Counted from the stretch's first letter, positions 15,778 through 29,650 are shown. The stretch: DNA of 64,000 nt from the human T2T-CHM13v2.0 reference genome, Homo sapiens (GCF_009914755.1 NC_060928.1), one strand, 5' to 3'. Notes: generated from the letters alone by a model not told the origin. Made by a program: numbers and translations.

Positions 15778-16125
15778 TGTATTAGTCTGTTCTCATTCTG
15801 CTAATAAAGACATACCCAAGACTGGGTAATTTATGAAGGAAGGAGATTTAATTGACTCACAGTTCCACATGGCTGAGGAAGCCTCACAATTATGGCAAAA
15901 GGAAAACAAGATACAACTTACATGGCAGCAGGCAAGGGAGCTTGTGCAGGTAAACTCTCCATTATAAAACCGTCAAATCTCGTGAGACTTATTCACTACC
16001 ACGAGAACAGTATGGAGGAAACTGCCCTCATGATTCAATTATCTCCACCTGGCCCTGACCTTGACCCATGAGAATTATTACAATTCAAGGTGAGATTTGG
16101 GTGGGAACACAGCCAAATCCTATCA
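15778..16125 (-). mobile_element. THE1 (MaLR) solo LTR
   Basis: TGTATTAGTCTGTTCTCA...GAGATTTGGGTGGGAACACAGCCAAATCCTATCA is the reverse complement of THE1; TSD ATAGG/ATGGG. Confidence 0.9.
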
Positions 16126-18157
16126 ATGGGTAAGATCATTATTCTAGTTGCACAATTGTTCTGAATGAGTTGTGAAGAGAGCCATTCAAACTGAGAGATT
16201 CTGGGGTGTTAATTTCCTTTATGAATTCAATTTTATGCTTCTGAGATGTATCCTATTCTACACTACTTTGAACTTAGAGGGAAAAATCTTTTTAAATTTT
16301 CATTTCTAGTGTCTCTGTTTCTTAACCAGTTTAGTATAATAATAATATAAATTTTGGGTAGCTATGCAAAGTATTGTAATCCAGTCTTTCTATATATTAG
16401 TATAAGAAAACGGCAAGCTACTTCCACATAGAATATTGATCCAAAAGTATAATTAAGTAAAAAATCAATTTAAGGTCTCCTTCTCATCTGATGGCCAAAG
16501 TTTAGTAAGATTTGTTTTTACTTAATGTTTATTTATTCATGAGTTCTTACTGATTTCATACTAATAGTTAATTTCAGACTTTTGTCTTTTAAGATTGATG
16601 TATACATGAACTACTCAAATTCATGTCAAGTCCAGTATCTTTCAAAACCATTATATTTCTTTAGAAAACAGAAAGAAATTGAGAAATTCTAATTTAAAAT
16701 TATGACAGGAGCCTTATCCATTGACAAAATTCTCGATTATTGAAAAGCAAAGAGTAGTTAGAACAAAGTGAAGATTGATGTAATGCTCAGTATATATCTA
16801 TGAATGAATTTATTAAACCTGTAGTTGATGTAATTGGGAGAAACAATAGCTCTTGAAAACACAGCTAAGGTTTATGTATGACTCTTGCCTGGTGCAACAA
16901 CTTAACAAGCTCTCTGGGGAGGGTTTATCACAAGTATCTGTATCATATATATTGCTTCCAGCTGGATTAGCAATAGTTGGTCTGTTCCTGAAGTTTCCAG
17001 ATGAAGTTAAAACAAAGGGCAATACTTTTCACAGTTCCACAAAGCCACACCCTGAAAAAGAGAAATCATTTTTAAAAGTTTTATTTTATGGAAGAAATGT
17101 ATCTTCAAGATACATTCCTAGAGCTTCATTTTGAAAATACCTGTTACCTTATGTATTATTCAAAAGCAAACATTCGTGAAACTCTTTTCAAATTACTTTG
17201 ACCTTTTACTTTTCCACTGGCTATTTGGCCAGATAATTGATGTGACAGAGGCTTAGATTTTAACCGTTGTGTGGTGATAAAAACACAATGGTTGATTTAT
17301 CTTTGTGGTGGGATATTACTTATGACCACAGAATTTTAGATTGTCACCTGAGATCTTGGTTCCCTAAATTAGTAATTTTGCATTTTTTTCTAAAGTAATT
17401 AACTGATTAAAATGCATAGGACCTCTTTCCCAACCCACCTATTTAAAAACCCTATCATTCATGGAAAGAAACAAATCTTAATTTAAGTTCCTCAAGTTGC
17501 ATTCTTCAGGTTTGAATATATAAAAGAAGAATGCAGAATTCTTTTTTGGCAAACACTATTGTTAACTGATTTCCTATTCTTCTTTTCCAGAAAACTCTAG
17601 TGGACGTATATGATTCATTTCAATAGGCTAAAAAACATTACTGTCATAAAAGTTCACTTTTGTTCATTTTTTATCATTTTGGAAAAGCTAAAATATTGTA
17701 CATCATTATGTTATTTGTGAACATACTTTCCTATTCCAATGTTCAACATGCTTTAATGATTCAAGCAGACACTTCTTGGGTCATCTGGTGTCCCTCTTCC
17801 TGCCACCTATAGTCTTGGAAGGGTTTAATGTATAAGCTAATGTCAATATCATGGTTTCTCATATTCTTTATTCCTAAAAACCTGGGCTTTTTGAAGTATA
17901 GCTGATTCAATGTTTTAAGATCAGATAAATAAGAATGGGCTTTAAATATCTTGATGTTTTCAAAAACAAGAATACTTTCAGCAGTATCAGAGGTGATATG
18001 GAAAAGGGCAAGGCTGGGGAGGAGGCCCTGGTCTGTGAGAAGGCTTCTCAGGACCCAGTGTATAAGGTAACATCAGAAAAGAAAATAAAAATGATTAAAT
18101 TAAATTCAAAGAAGTTGTCTGTTAAAGCAGACATGATTCCATTATAAAACTGTATCA

Positions 18158-18435
18158 GGTGGGGCACCAGGGCTCACACCTGTTATCCCAGCATTTTGGG
18201 AGGCTGAGGCGGGTGGATCACCTGAGGTCAGGAGTTTGAGACCAGCCTGGTCAACATGGTGAAACCGTGTCTCTACTAAAAATACAAAAAATTAGCTGGG
18301 CATGGTGGTGGGTGCCTGCAATCCCAGCTACCTGGGAGGCTGAGGCAGGAGAATTACTTGAACCTGGGAGGCAGAGGTTGCAGTGGCTGAGATTGCATCA
18401 TTGCACTCCAGCCTGGGCAACAAAAGTGAAATTCC

Positions 18436-18468
<33 letters not shown>

Positions 18469-18475
18469 AAAAAAC
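18158..18475 (+). mobile_element. AluS inserted into the terminus of a THE1 LTR
   Basis: Full dimer, long A tail, TSD AAACTGTAT(C/T)A. Confidence 0.95.
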
Positions 18476-18481
18476 AGAAAC

Positions 18482-18857
18482 TGTATTAGTTCGTTCTTAC
18501 ACTCCTATGAAGAAATACCCTAAACAGGATAATTTATAAAGGAAAGAGGTTTAATTGATTCACAGTTCTGCAGGGCTGGGGAAGCCTCAGAAACTTACAA
18601 TCATTGCAGAAGGGGAAGCAAACATGTCCTTCTTCGCATGGCAGCAGCAAGGAGAAGTGCAGAGCAAAGTTGGGGGGAAAGCTTTTTATAAAGCCATCAG
18701 ATCTCATGAGAATTCACTCACTATCATGAGAACAGCATGGAGGTAACTGCCACCATGATTCAATTACCTCCCACCCGATCCCTTCCGTGACACATGGGGA
18801 TTATGGGAACTACAATTCAAGATGAGATTTGGGTGGAGACACAGCCAAACCATATAA
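18482..18857 (-). mobile_element. THE1 (MaLR) solo LTR
   Basis: Reverse-complement THE1 consensus throughout; 5-bp TSD AAAAC at 18146-18150 and 18858-18862. Confidence 0.9.
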
Positions 18858-18887
18858 AAAACGGAAAAAGCTCAAATTAAAAAGTGG

Positions 18888-18983
18888 TTGGGGCTTCCAA
18901 GGTGGCTGAATAGGAACAGCTCCAGTCTGCAGCTCCCAGCGAGATCGACATAGAAGACGGGTGATTTCTGCGTTTCCAACTGG
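18888..18983 (+). mobile_element. Isolated first ~95 nt of an L1PA (about PA7/PA8-like) 5' UTR
   Basis: TTCCAAGGTGGCTGAATAGGAACAGCTCCAGTCTGCAGCTCCCAGCGAGATCGACATAGAAGACGGGTGATTTCTGCGTTTCCAACTG matches the L1PA 5' terminus; no further L1 sequence follows. Confidence 0.85.
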
Positions 18984-20937
18984 AAACAGTGGGAGCTCAT
19001 TTTTTTCTGGTTGCTTGTGTAAGGCGGCTTTTGACTCAAGGTCTCACAGCAGTCTATGCTCTGGATGCTTCTCTAGTTTATTAGCATGTGGAGACGGGAT
19101 ATCTTCCAGGCATACAATGATTCTACTTCTATTAGGTTTCTTTCAGTATGAGGAAACACATTGTCTTCAGAGGACACCGCATTCCACCGAAAGCTGCACT
19201 TTCTCTGGAAAGTTCTTTCTGAGCTGAAATTTGACTCCCAGTAACTTTAATTAGTCACCTATAGCAGTTTTAAAAACATTTTAATCTACTCATGAGCTTT
19301 AATGACTTTAAGCTAATGCCTCTTATACAGTAATGTGTTTAACATGATATGTTTAAATATGTCTGTTAGCAATTGTACTTTTATTAACTATGGTAAATAA
19401 GAATAATATATTTCTATTATTAGCAATAATAGTCTATCATAATTTGCACTTAGGTACTTATCATTTTATATTTTTATAAACACTTAGGTACAGCAACTTC
19501 CCTGGCTTTGAGTCTCTCCAGGCTGGAGAATAAGTGTGAGGTATTGAGAGGAGAGAAGTAAGGTTGAACTCATCATTTGATTGATTTCAGGCTTTTTATT
19601 CTTTGTTGCTCTGTTAACCACCTACAGCCAAAGGATGAGGTTAGTCTCAGGTGGGACTCAGATGGGATGCATCAAGCTCGAGGGGATCAGTGACATTTAT
19701 TTTTAAACATTATGATTTGTGAAAAATCAATTTTGCCTTTTGCTGCCTTGTTTTGATTTAGTCCAACTCTCTCTTTTTGTAGAAAACTAAGCCTCTGTAC
19801 AAATGGCTGGTCTAAGAGCACCACAGCTTTCCTGCAAAGCTGTCATTTTTCTCATCTTAAAAAAACCCTGAAAAACCTGGTCTGACTAATAAAACACTGG
19901 TGTTTTGTTATTGTTGTTTTTCTCTGTAGAGGATACACACCAGCAACATGAAGCCTCTAGCTTCCTATTTTGGTTTCTCTTATATATCAAGATTGCCTGT
20001 TTGATCTGGAGAAAGGGAGCAAAATAAATGAAATGAAGTTATTGATGTTTTTATGTAATTGGCATTTTCTCTCTTTTCACACACAATTATATGGAGTTCA
20101 TTCTGTAATACTGGCTTAATCCCTGCTACTAGAGAATTTCAAAGACAACTCATGCTGTGAAAGTGAGGTGAGAGCTAGGTGAATGACTAAAATAGGACAA
20201 ATTTGACCCTATTGCTATTATTTATAAGAGCTATAGTAGAATCGTATCTTGAAGGATACTTCAAAGTTCTCTAAAGAAAAAATAAATAATAATAGGAACA
20301 CTACTAACAGTACATTTTCTAGGATAAAGGCACGTTAGATCATTTGAGAATAGTTAATTGAAATGACAGACTTTAGAAGTCAGGTTTCAGAAATGTATAG
20401 ACAATGCTTTTTAGTGTAAAAGAAAAGACAGCAACTACCAGGTAAATTTTCAAGGATTTATTTGGCAGTATTTCATGAGCATGTACAGCATGCAAATAAG
20501 CTAATAAAATGCTTCAACTCAGTAAACAGCTGCTTACAAAGGGATTTTAAAGATAAATGTCAAAAGAGAAAGATGCTTTAAAGGTTAAATAAATCGTGGA
20601 GTAAATTAGCATTAATAACAAGTTATAAGGAAATTAGAACATTTTTCACAGTGTTCACTGTTTCATAATGAACTGATCACAACAAATAAATCTTGATGAA
20701 AAGCAAGATTTATTTATGAATTGTAAAGAAAACAGAATAATTTATAGTAGAAATAATGGTCAAAAGGTGATTAGAGGGAAAAGGAGAAATATAGTATATT
20801 AATAACCTGAAGTTCATTAAAATTTTTACTTTGTTTTTATTAAGAATGAGTAGGCAAAATTTACAAGTGAAGTTAGATAACAAATAGCTATTATTTCTTC
20901 AAAGTCAGTTATCTTAAGACAATTAAAAATAATTCAA

Positions 20938-21251
<314 letters not shown>

Positions 21252-22710
21252 AATAATTCAAAATATATGCTACAAAAATTCTCCCATAACACAGTGTTAA
21301 TTAGGTAATATGACAAATGCATCAACACCTTAAAATTAGTGGAATATGATTTAATAAACTACTTTTTGCTTGAAAGGATTAGTGTAGTTTGATAGAAAAC
21401 AGTGCTACATCTCTTTATTCACAAGTATTTAAATTTTATATTAATTTTACTTACAAAAATGATCATGTATATAAAATAGGAAAAATGCAGGCAATCAGAA
21501 AATGATATTCACTAATATAACTCATAATTCACAAAGCACAGCCTTGTATATTATTTTATTGTGCAGGGTAGTAACATGAATTCACTTAAAACAAATTGGC
21601 ATCCTGTCAGTATATGCCTTTTTCCACTAGGAAACATAACAAGACAAATGTTTGAGCTGCAAACACATTTTCTTATTTAATAGCCACTAACAGCCATAAT
21701 TAGTTCTTGGAAACTGTAATCCAATCAAGTGTGATTATAATTAAATATATACACACAAAGATAATTATGAATCTTTCTGGCAATAGTAAATAAAGTTATC
21801 TATTGTTGAAATATGATCACTATTTTTGACTATTGGTAAAAGTATTAATTTCTGGTCAACAGTCATTTTCACTCTTAGATTAGGTTGGAATATAAGTGGC
21901 TATGTGGAAATATGCATCCTAGTATAAAAGTTTGCCCAAAGATTTGTTTAATGATAGGTACAGAGACTCTAATTTATTAATTTCAACATATGAGTTTGGT
22001 TTTTAAAAATATTAAAGAGATTATAATTACTGAACGAGGGAGGAGGGAAAATAAAGATGACAAAGAGAAAAGAGCCAGAGAAGCAGGGAGAGGTGAATAG
22101 GCAGAGGAAATAGGGATGGGGTGGAGTGGAGCAACGCAGAGACAGACAAGGATAGTCACTGCAAAGATAAGAACAATAGAGAAGAATTCAAGGGGAATAA
22201 TGTTACCTCCATAGAAGACCCTATAATCAGAAAGCCATAAATATGGGACCAACTATTTTTTAATTTATTTGATAGGAATTGAGGTTAGACTGTAATATTG
22301 GACATGACTCAATTCTGAATTCAATGCATATGCAGATTTTATTGCACTTACCATTCAATATGATTATTCACATCACCTTTGTTTCATAATTTAATTTTAA
22401 AAAACTGGATTTGAACTATTAAAAATTATAAAATTAATTACATTCAGCTTCAACCTGTTGAAACAAACCTGTTAGCATGACCCCTGCTGGTAGTCATCTA
22501 AACATGTATTGGGGTTGGATATTTAGGTCCCAGGAATTTCTGCATGTTGGTTAATATGATTTAAAAAAAAAAAGAAAAAGAAACATAGAGTGGGTAAATT
22601 AGGCCTTTTTGTTCTGTGTTTCATGTTAATTGTGTGCAAGACACTCTGCTAGGCATGTATTAGTTTTATTCCTGGATTTGGGCAAATATCTGGGAGTGGA
22701 ATTGCTATGT

Positions 22711-22840
22711 CATATATGTATATATATATGTATATATATATGTGTATATATATGTATATATATGTGTATATATATGTATATATATATGTGTATATATATG
22801 TATATATATAGACGTATATATATATGTGTATATATATATA

Positions 22841-22897
<57 letters not shown>
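22711..22897. repeat. Compound (TA)n/(TG)n microsatellite
   Basis: Seen directly: about 185 bp, mostly alternating purine-pyrimidine. Confidence 0.98.
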
Positions 22898-22899
<2 letters not shown>

Positions 22900-23845
22900 T
22901 CCGGTAGTGGTGAGAAGTATAACAAACACAGGGAAGTACATAAACTCTAGCTATATAGCTTAATGAATTTTAGAAAACTGAACATATACCCACAAGCAGC
23001 ACGGAGATAAAAACATTAGCAGAACCCCAGAAGCCCCACTTGTGCCCCTTCTAGTAACCCCTCAACACGTTCCCCTCAATAGAATAACACTCCATTATAT
23101 GAGAATATCACAATTTATTTACTCATTCTCTTGCTGATGAATAATTGAGGGTGCTTTTCAGTGTTAGGATACTATAAATAGTGCTTCTATGAATTATACC
23201 TTCACATAACTTTTGGTGAATATCTATACAAGCATTTCTCCAGGGTATATTCCTAGGAATGAAATTTCTGGGTTATAGGGATATAAATGTTAAACTTTCA
23301 TTGATACAGCCAAAACGTTTTCTGGTGTGGTTATATTAGTTTACACTCTCACCAACACTCCCACTCAGTTGTTCCACATACTTACCAACACTTAGTATTA
23401 TCTTTTTCATTTTAGCCTTTCTGATATAAATGTAGTGGCATAGCATTACGATTTTAATTTACATTTCTCTAATGCCTAATGATTTTGAGCACATTTTCAT
23501 ATATTTATTGTGCATTTGTGTATCACCTATTGTGAGGATCCTTTCCATTATTTTCTCTTATTGATTTGTAGGAGTTCATTATATATTCTGGAGACTTTTT
23601 GCTATATTTACTGTGAATAATTATTCTAGCCAGTGGCTTGCATTTAGCAGCTTTTCTGAGGAATAATTTACATGTCATACAGTTGCCCATTGTAACTATA
23701 CAGTTCAGGGATTTTTTTAGTACATTATGCAGTTATGCAATCATCCCTACGATTCAGTTTTAAGGTACCTCCTTCACCCTGAAGTTTCCCTCATTCCTGT
23801 TTTCTGTCAGTACATGCTCCAACTTCCATCTGCAACCACTGATCT
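22900..23845 (-). mobile_element. Old L1M 3' fragments
   Basis: Diverged antisense L1 3' motifs (GGGTATATTCCTAGGAATGAAATTTCTGGG, TTTACACTCTCACCAACA, TTTTAATTTACATTTCTCTAATG). Confidence 0.65.
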
Positions 23846-23846
23846 A

Positions 23847-24370
23847 TGTCAGAAAGTGAATATTCTCATGTTTCTGCATAGTTAGGACTTTCTGACAAAT
23901 GTTACTGGCACCTGGGTTAAAGGACAAGCTTGGATGTTAAAGGGTGTTAGATAGGGAATTATCTGTTCTTAAAGAGTAATAAAACTTCTGTCAGAGCCAA
24001 CAGCTTGCATTTTGGGGTACTTTCCCCTCTCTTTTCTTCAGAACATTCATTTACAGTCCAAAGGATTGTAAAAGACCAGGGAGCAAATGTTTCTTAGGAA
24101 GGGAGGAGAGGGAGGACATTTTATATATATATATTTCCAGATTCATAATTTTAGGTTTCCTCTCCTATGATGCGACCCCTGTACATGTAGTCCTAAACAT
24201 GTGGCTCTCCTTGCATCACCTGTGCGACACTGCTGCAGTTATTGCTGTAATGAACAATGATGACTCTGAGTTCCAGAAACTTCATGCTTGCATTCAGGAT
24301 AACAAGGAATAAATACAGATCATAAAAACTTACCAAGTTTACTGACAAGCATGAGATCCTGTTTGAAACG
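23847..24370 (+). mobile_element. Possible old ERVL-class LTR, perhaps with an internal remnant downstream
   Basis: TG start and LTR40-like wording (CCTCTCCTATGATGCGACCC...); composition shifts relative to flanks; weak recall only. Confidence 0.3.
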
Positions 24371-27169
24371 TGGTTTTCTGAAAGACATAGAGGATGGCCC
24401 CCAGGCTAACAGGATTTGAAAGAAGACAGCAAGAGCCAACAGCAGACAGATGGAAAAGATTGGAAGACAATTGTTGGTCGAAGGCTGGGGGTAGGTTGGA
24501 ACAAGCAGCCCAAATGGTTTTAGGTTTTAGAGAAGGCTTTTAGTTTTTGTCCTCTCTTCCTAGCAAGAGAAGAAAGGATCTAGGAATTCTCAACGTTGGG
24601 CTTTGGGTGGGTGGGTAGAGAATGTGAGAAATCTATGTTGTTCACTCTTCTATGTAAGAGAAGAAATACCCAAGGTAGGCTTTGGATAGGTCCCGAATAG
24701 AAGTTACCTTGTTCACTGCTCTCTCTTCTAGGCAGAAAGAGAAAGGATTAATTAGTTCCCAAAGCTGAAGCAGGCTTTGGACATTGCAGCTGCTAAACTG
24801 CTTGGACCTGAAGGGAGCGGTATCTCACTTACTCAGGTGGGAACACTTTGTTGGCTTCCTGATCGCTCACTTCCACTCTGATCTCAGCTCCTTGAAGGTT
24901 TTGGGGTGGGGCTCAGGCCTTCTCGTCACCAGAAGGCGGAGATAGCTCTACACACTCATCGCTTTATGCTGGGAGAACTTTGGAAGGGAGGAATTCACTT
25001 GCTGATACCTCTGTTGGACATAGGTATAATGTGCCTAGTTCTGTGGCAGAAACGGATGTGGGACTCAGGTATGGAGAAGGGTGCCAAGAAAGTAAAATGC
25101 GGAGTTATGGTTGCATATGAGTTCAGAAAGAAATAGCCCTAGCACAGCCAGGATGCTGAGAAGTGCAGAGGCAAGGGGCCAAATAAAAAGGTAAGGGGAA
25201 AAACCTCTCCACCCACCCGCCTCACCTAGTCTCCACTGCCACTGCAGCCGCCATTGCTCCCAGCTGGGAGAGAGCAGGATTCCTCAGCAGCTGTGACCTT
25301 AATCTCTGAAACACTATGTTAACTGTTAGGACTTAGAGCAAAACTTGGAGAAAAGAAAAAAAAAAGTTTAGTAAAACACTGTATTGTTTTGTTGCTACTA
25401 TGTCTGACTGTATAGTAGAAATAATTGCAGGACTTTTTATGCTTGTAATTCCCCACCTCATAGGTGCTAGAGGGGATTATTTAATTAAGAATAGCTACAG
25501 GTAGATAAGTTTTAGTGGGATTTGCCTTAGAGACAGAATAACTCTCTGACTGAGGACTTAACGCTATTTGCCCAAAGGGAGCCTCTGGAAATTCTGGTGA
25601 TGATGACATAAAAAATATGGTTTCAGATACTAAATTAAATCAAGAGTTTTTTAAAAACCTTGGTTATAAAAAGGTTTTTTTCTCACAGTTGTTTAGGATT
25701 TAGAAGGTCAGCTGAAGGTATTCCCTGTTCATAATTCTCAAAGTTGAAGAACTTTAATTCTTAAAGCATTGTTTCTAGAGAGATTAATATGACCGAAGTG
25801 ATATTAAAAATTATTTTTGGATTTTTATACTGAAAGACAAATTTTACTTTTCTTTGATTATGCAATAAGATGCTCTCTACTTATTATTGGCTGAAGAATT
25901 TCTACAAAGAGTGGATAGGTAGACATTTCTAATAAGACTTTGTTATTCTCTTGTTTGTTTTTCAATTATTGGGATTGATTTTATCTAAAATTGCATAAAA
26001 CATCTGACAAAAAATGTTATAGGATTGCAGTAAATTTGAGCATAAGGCAATTTCAAATCATAGATATGAAATTGAAAGTTAGATAAATATGTTCAAATCT
26101 ACCTAATCCCCAAAGGCAACATTCAGGTTCTGTGCTTTAAATAATACCATGTTTAACCAATGAATCAACCAAATTCATAGAGATGCTATGACTAGTAAAA
26201 TATTTAAGAAAAATATATCTTTAAAAAAAGCAGAATTTCTGCTCTGCCAAATTGGAGAGGTTTGTAATAAAATACCCAAGGATGTGAGGTATATTCCATT
26301 TGGCTTTATAATTCTATGAAGACATAGAGGTTTATTTTCTAATTATATTTTTTTCCTTTCACGATTTGGTACAAAAAATTATTGACAATTTAAGCCCTCA
26401 TCTATTTTTTTCTGGGAACTCATTTAAGCTAATGTATTCTGTAATATTCCAAGTAGTGTTAGAATAATCATGTTCTATCCTGTTATGTAATAAAGATGAT
26501 AGATAAAATTTGCTCTCAATTTTGTGTAATTTTTGCTTCACTTTTGCTGTAACACCCTATTGCTATAACTATACATTATTAGAGTTAGTTTTTTATAGTG
26601 TTAGAAATTTCTGCATTTCATATCATTGCTGTTAAAGGTATTAAGGATGATTAGTTCTATTTTTCAACAATGAAATCCCTGTACCAGAAATAGAAAGTGG
26701 AAACTTAGGCAAATGTGGTTGAACATATGGATAAATGTGATTATCTTATGTATTCACTCAAAAACATTGAGTGCTAAGTATAAGTAGGACATCATTTTAT
26801 ATACTGGCCATGCATATGTAAACAGAACTTACAGAAGTCACTTTTCTTAAGAAGTTTATATTCTAGGGGAATGAAACAGACAACAAGGAAAACTTGTGAG
26901 TAAACTCTGAAGGATATTAAATGCTAATGAGAAAGATCAAGCAGGAAAGTGGGGTAGCCATGGTGGGAGGATGGTGGAGATGAAGTGTTTGATTATTGGG
27001 TTCATGGCTGCATCTTCTAGGAGAATGTGCACTACCACCTGAACGTAGGGGCACTACCCGAAGGCAAGGACTCTGCGTGATGTCACTTGCCATCACATCC
27101 CGATGCACACCATTACATGGGGCACTTAACAAATGCTGAAAGAATGGATGGATAAACTTGGTGTAGAAT

Positions 27170-27396
27170 GAATCCTCCCCTTATCCTGATCTACTCTTTT
27201 TTCACACTACTTTATATGGTATATAATGTTATAATTAGTTATGTTTATTATTTATTGTCTGCTTCACTCAGCTAGAAGATAACCTGCCCAAGGGTAAGAA
27301 TTTTTATTCATTTCATACACTGATATATCCCAAGATCCTAGAACATTGCCTGAGAGAGTAAGATTCAGCAAGTATTTGTTGAATGAATGAATGAAT
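27170..27396 (+). mobile_element. L2 3' end
   Basis: CCTAGAACATTGCCTG...AGTATTTGTTGAATGAATGAATGAAT, a typical L2 terminus. Confidence 0.75.
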
Positions 27397-29016
27397 TCTA
27401 TGAAGTCATTGTATGAAGAAACAATTTAGCTATTAGTTTACCATAGAGGAATTGTGCTGCTTTTGGCAAGGAAATTTTTTCCTGCCAACATCACACATTC
27501 TGCTACTGACAAATTCACAATTTGTATGTTCAAAAATGGTATGAATAAAATGCTTAGGAAGCTGATCCTGATGCAAAATTCATGTGCCTTAGAAAATCAA
27601 GAAACACCTGCACTTGAAAATACATAGCATTTTTAGTTATATTAGCTTAAACCTGGAAACAACCCAAGTGTCCATTAACATGTGAAAAGATAAAAAATGG
27701 CATATCTATATAATAAAATACTGTTCAGTAATATAAAGAAATAATGTGGAGATGTGCGCACTAATATGGTATATTCTCAGAGAGGAATGTTGAAAGTACA
27801 AAAAAGTATTATTATTCAACTATCAATGACAGTGTTCCTCTGTTCTTAAGAATTTTAAAAGGGGTCTGGTCAAGAAAACAAAAATATCCATTCAATTTTT
27901 AGAAAAAAGGAAGAAAGAGTATGTAAAAACAGATGAAACAAGTTCTTTAGTTAGACTTGAAATTTGACAGACCTGAGGTAGATGTTTTCACTGGCTGAAA
28001 GGTACTACAAATATTTTTGTTGTTGATGTTTTCATTGGAAAAAAGTTTTTATATCCCTTCTCAACCCAGAAACATAGCCATATTCAAAAATTATTTTCTG
28101 ACAAAGCTAATGAGAGTTTCTTTTGAAACCCTAAGAAAGATCAGAGGTTTAAAAGAGGTGCAGTTGACACTTGAAAGAACCACAGGCAGCCTAGAAACAC
28201 ATCCTGAAGATCACAGTTTAGGAAGCTAACACCTGAGAATGAATTCCTCATATTAACATGGCATCAGTGATTAGGGCACAAAACTCAAGGACACAGTGTT
28301 TTCCTTCCTGGCCATCTTGAAATCCCTAGTGATTTGCTGCCAGCATTTTTAGAAACATTTTTGTTCATGACTTATACATGACTATTAGATTATATTTTAA
28401 TTTCTTGAGGGCAAGACACTGAGACTTCTTGTAAACCACATCCTGCCTAGAGCCCTGGGCAGGTGGCAGGTACTCTCTAAAACAGTGATCAACATCCATG
28501 AAGCCATTTCCAGTAGAACACTGTGGGCTAAATTATTTTCACTGAGAAGATTATAATCATTTATAGAGAACTTAGAATTACATCACAATAGGTGATGCCT
28601 ACTGGTATTTCTTAATCCTAATTTGCCTCTTTGCTTCTTTTTTTGTCTTTCTAGGAACTTCTAGAAGATTCTATGTTTACACTATGTTTCCAATAACAGT
28701 ATAGTTCCTCAGAACCCTAGTCCTGTGCATTGTGCCACAGACAGCAGTTTTGTGGTGAAATTATGAAATACTGTATAACATTTTCCTTCTGTCAGGGTTA
28801 CAATACAAGCTAAGATTTTAAAAACTCCTCTAAAAGAAAAACCTGCATTAAAGTGACTCCTTTGACGTTCTTTAACCCAGCATCTCCCAAACTTACTTTC
28901 TTCAGAACTCTTTTTTAGTGTAAAGATGTCTATTTTTAAAAAATGTATAAGATGCCATCTATTTTAAGACATGTCATTTATGTGCCACCAGGAAAGAAAA
29001 ACATGAACAATATGCC

Positions 29017-29022
29017 TTTATT
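29017..29022 (-). terminator. Candidate distal ARSJ poly(A) signal AATAAA (CATAAA variant also at 28977-28982)
   Basis: Plus-strand TTTATT about 1.9 kb downstream of the stop codon; usage cannot be shown from sequence. Confidence 0.45.
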
Positions 29023-29212
29023 TTTAAGACTCATTTAAAAGATACTGTCGACAAAACACAAACTTTAGGAAATACAACTTTACACTATAAAATAAAATGG
29101 AGCCATATATTCTAGAAATAAAATGTTAAAATTAAAATCATTTAAATCATCTTACCCAATTTAGTAATTTCAGTACTAGATTATAGATTCTTTTATACAT
29201 TTTCAGAAACTG

Positions 29213-29302
29213 TGAGCTGTGATATAAATGGATTATATCACAGTCCTTTGAGTTGTGATATAAATGGATTATATCACAGTCCTTTGAGCTGTGATGTAAA
29301 TG
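29213..29302. repeat. 36-bp tandem repeat, 2.5 copies, each unit internally palindromic
   Basis: Unit TGAGCTGTGATATAAATGGATTATATCACAGTCCTT at 29213 and 29249, partial at 29285; CTGTGATATAA/TTATATCACAG forms an 11-bp stem. Confidence 0.95.
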
Positions 29303-29650
29303 TATTTAATGGTATGCTGTCATACCACCACACACATTTTCAGATCACAGTTATAACTTCAAAGATCATAATTCTAGCTATCTGTGACTTTTCAAGTGTA
29401 TACTGTAAGCTTCAAGGCCTCTGCATTAGGAGAGGGCACTTCAAAGAAAACACCAGGGTCTACAGGATCCACACCAATCTATGCTCATTGATGACCCATG
29501 ATAAACTTCATTACTGATAATACTCCTTTAATTCTCCTCATGACGTTTGCATGTGGGGTTTCCAAGCAAGGTTACCTACTCCAGGCAGGATCCGTATCTT
29601 CCATTTCTCTGTATCTCCCCACAGTGTCCACTTTGTATAAGAGTAAGGTT

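Noticed and set aside
22630-22963. Tyr/Ile-rich ORFs on both strands
   Set aside because: Artefact of the TA/TG microsatellite, which lacks stop codons
29213-29302. CRISPR-like array (36-bp palindromic repeats)
   Set aside because: Repeats are head-to-tail with no spacers, there are no cas genes, and the context is human
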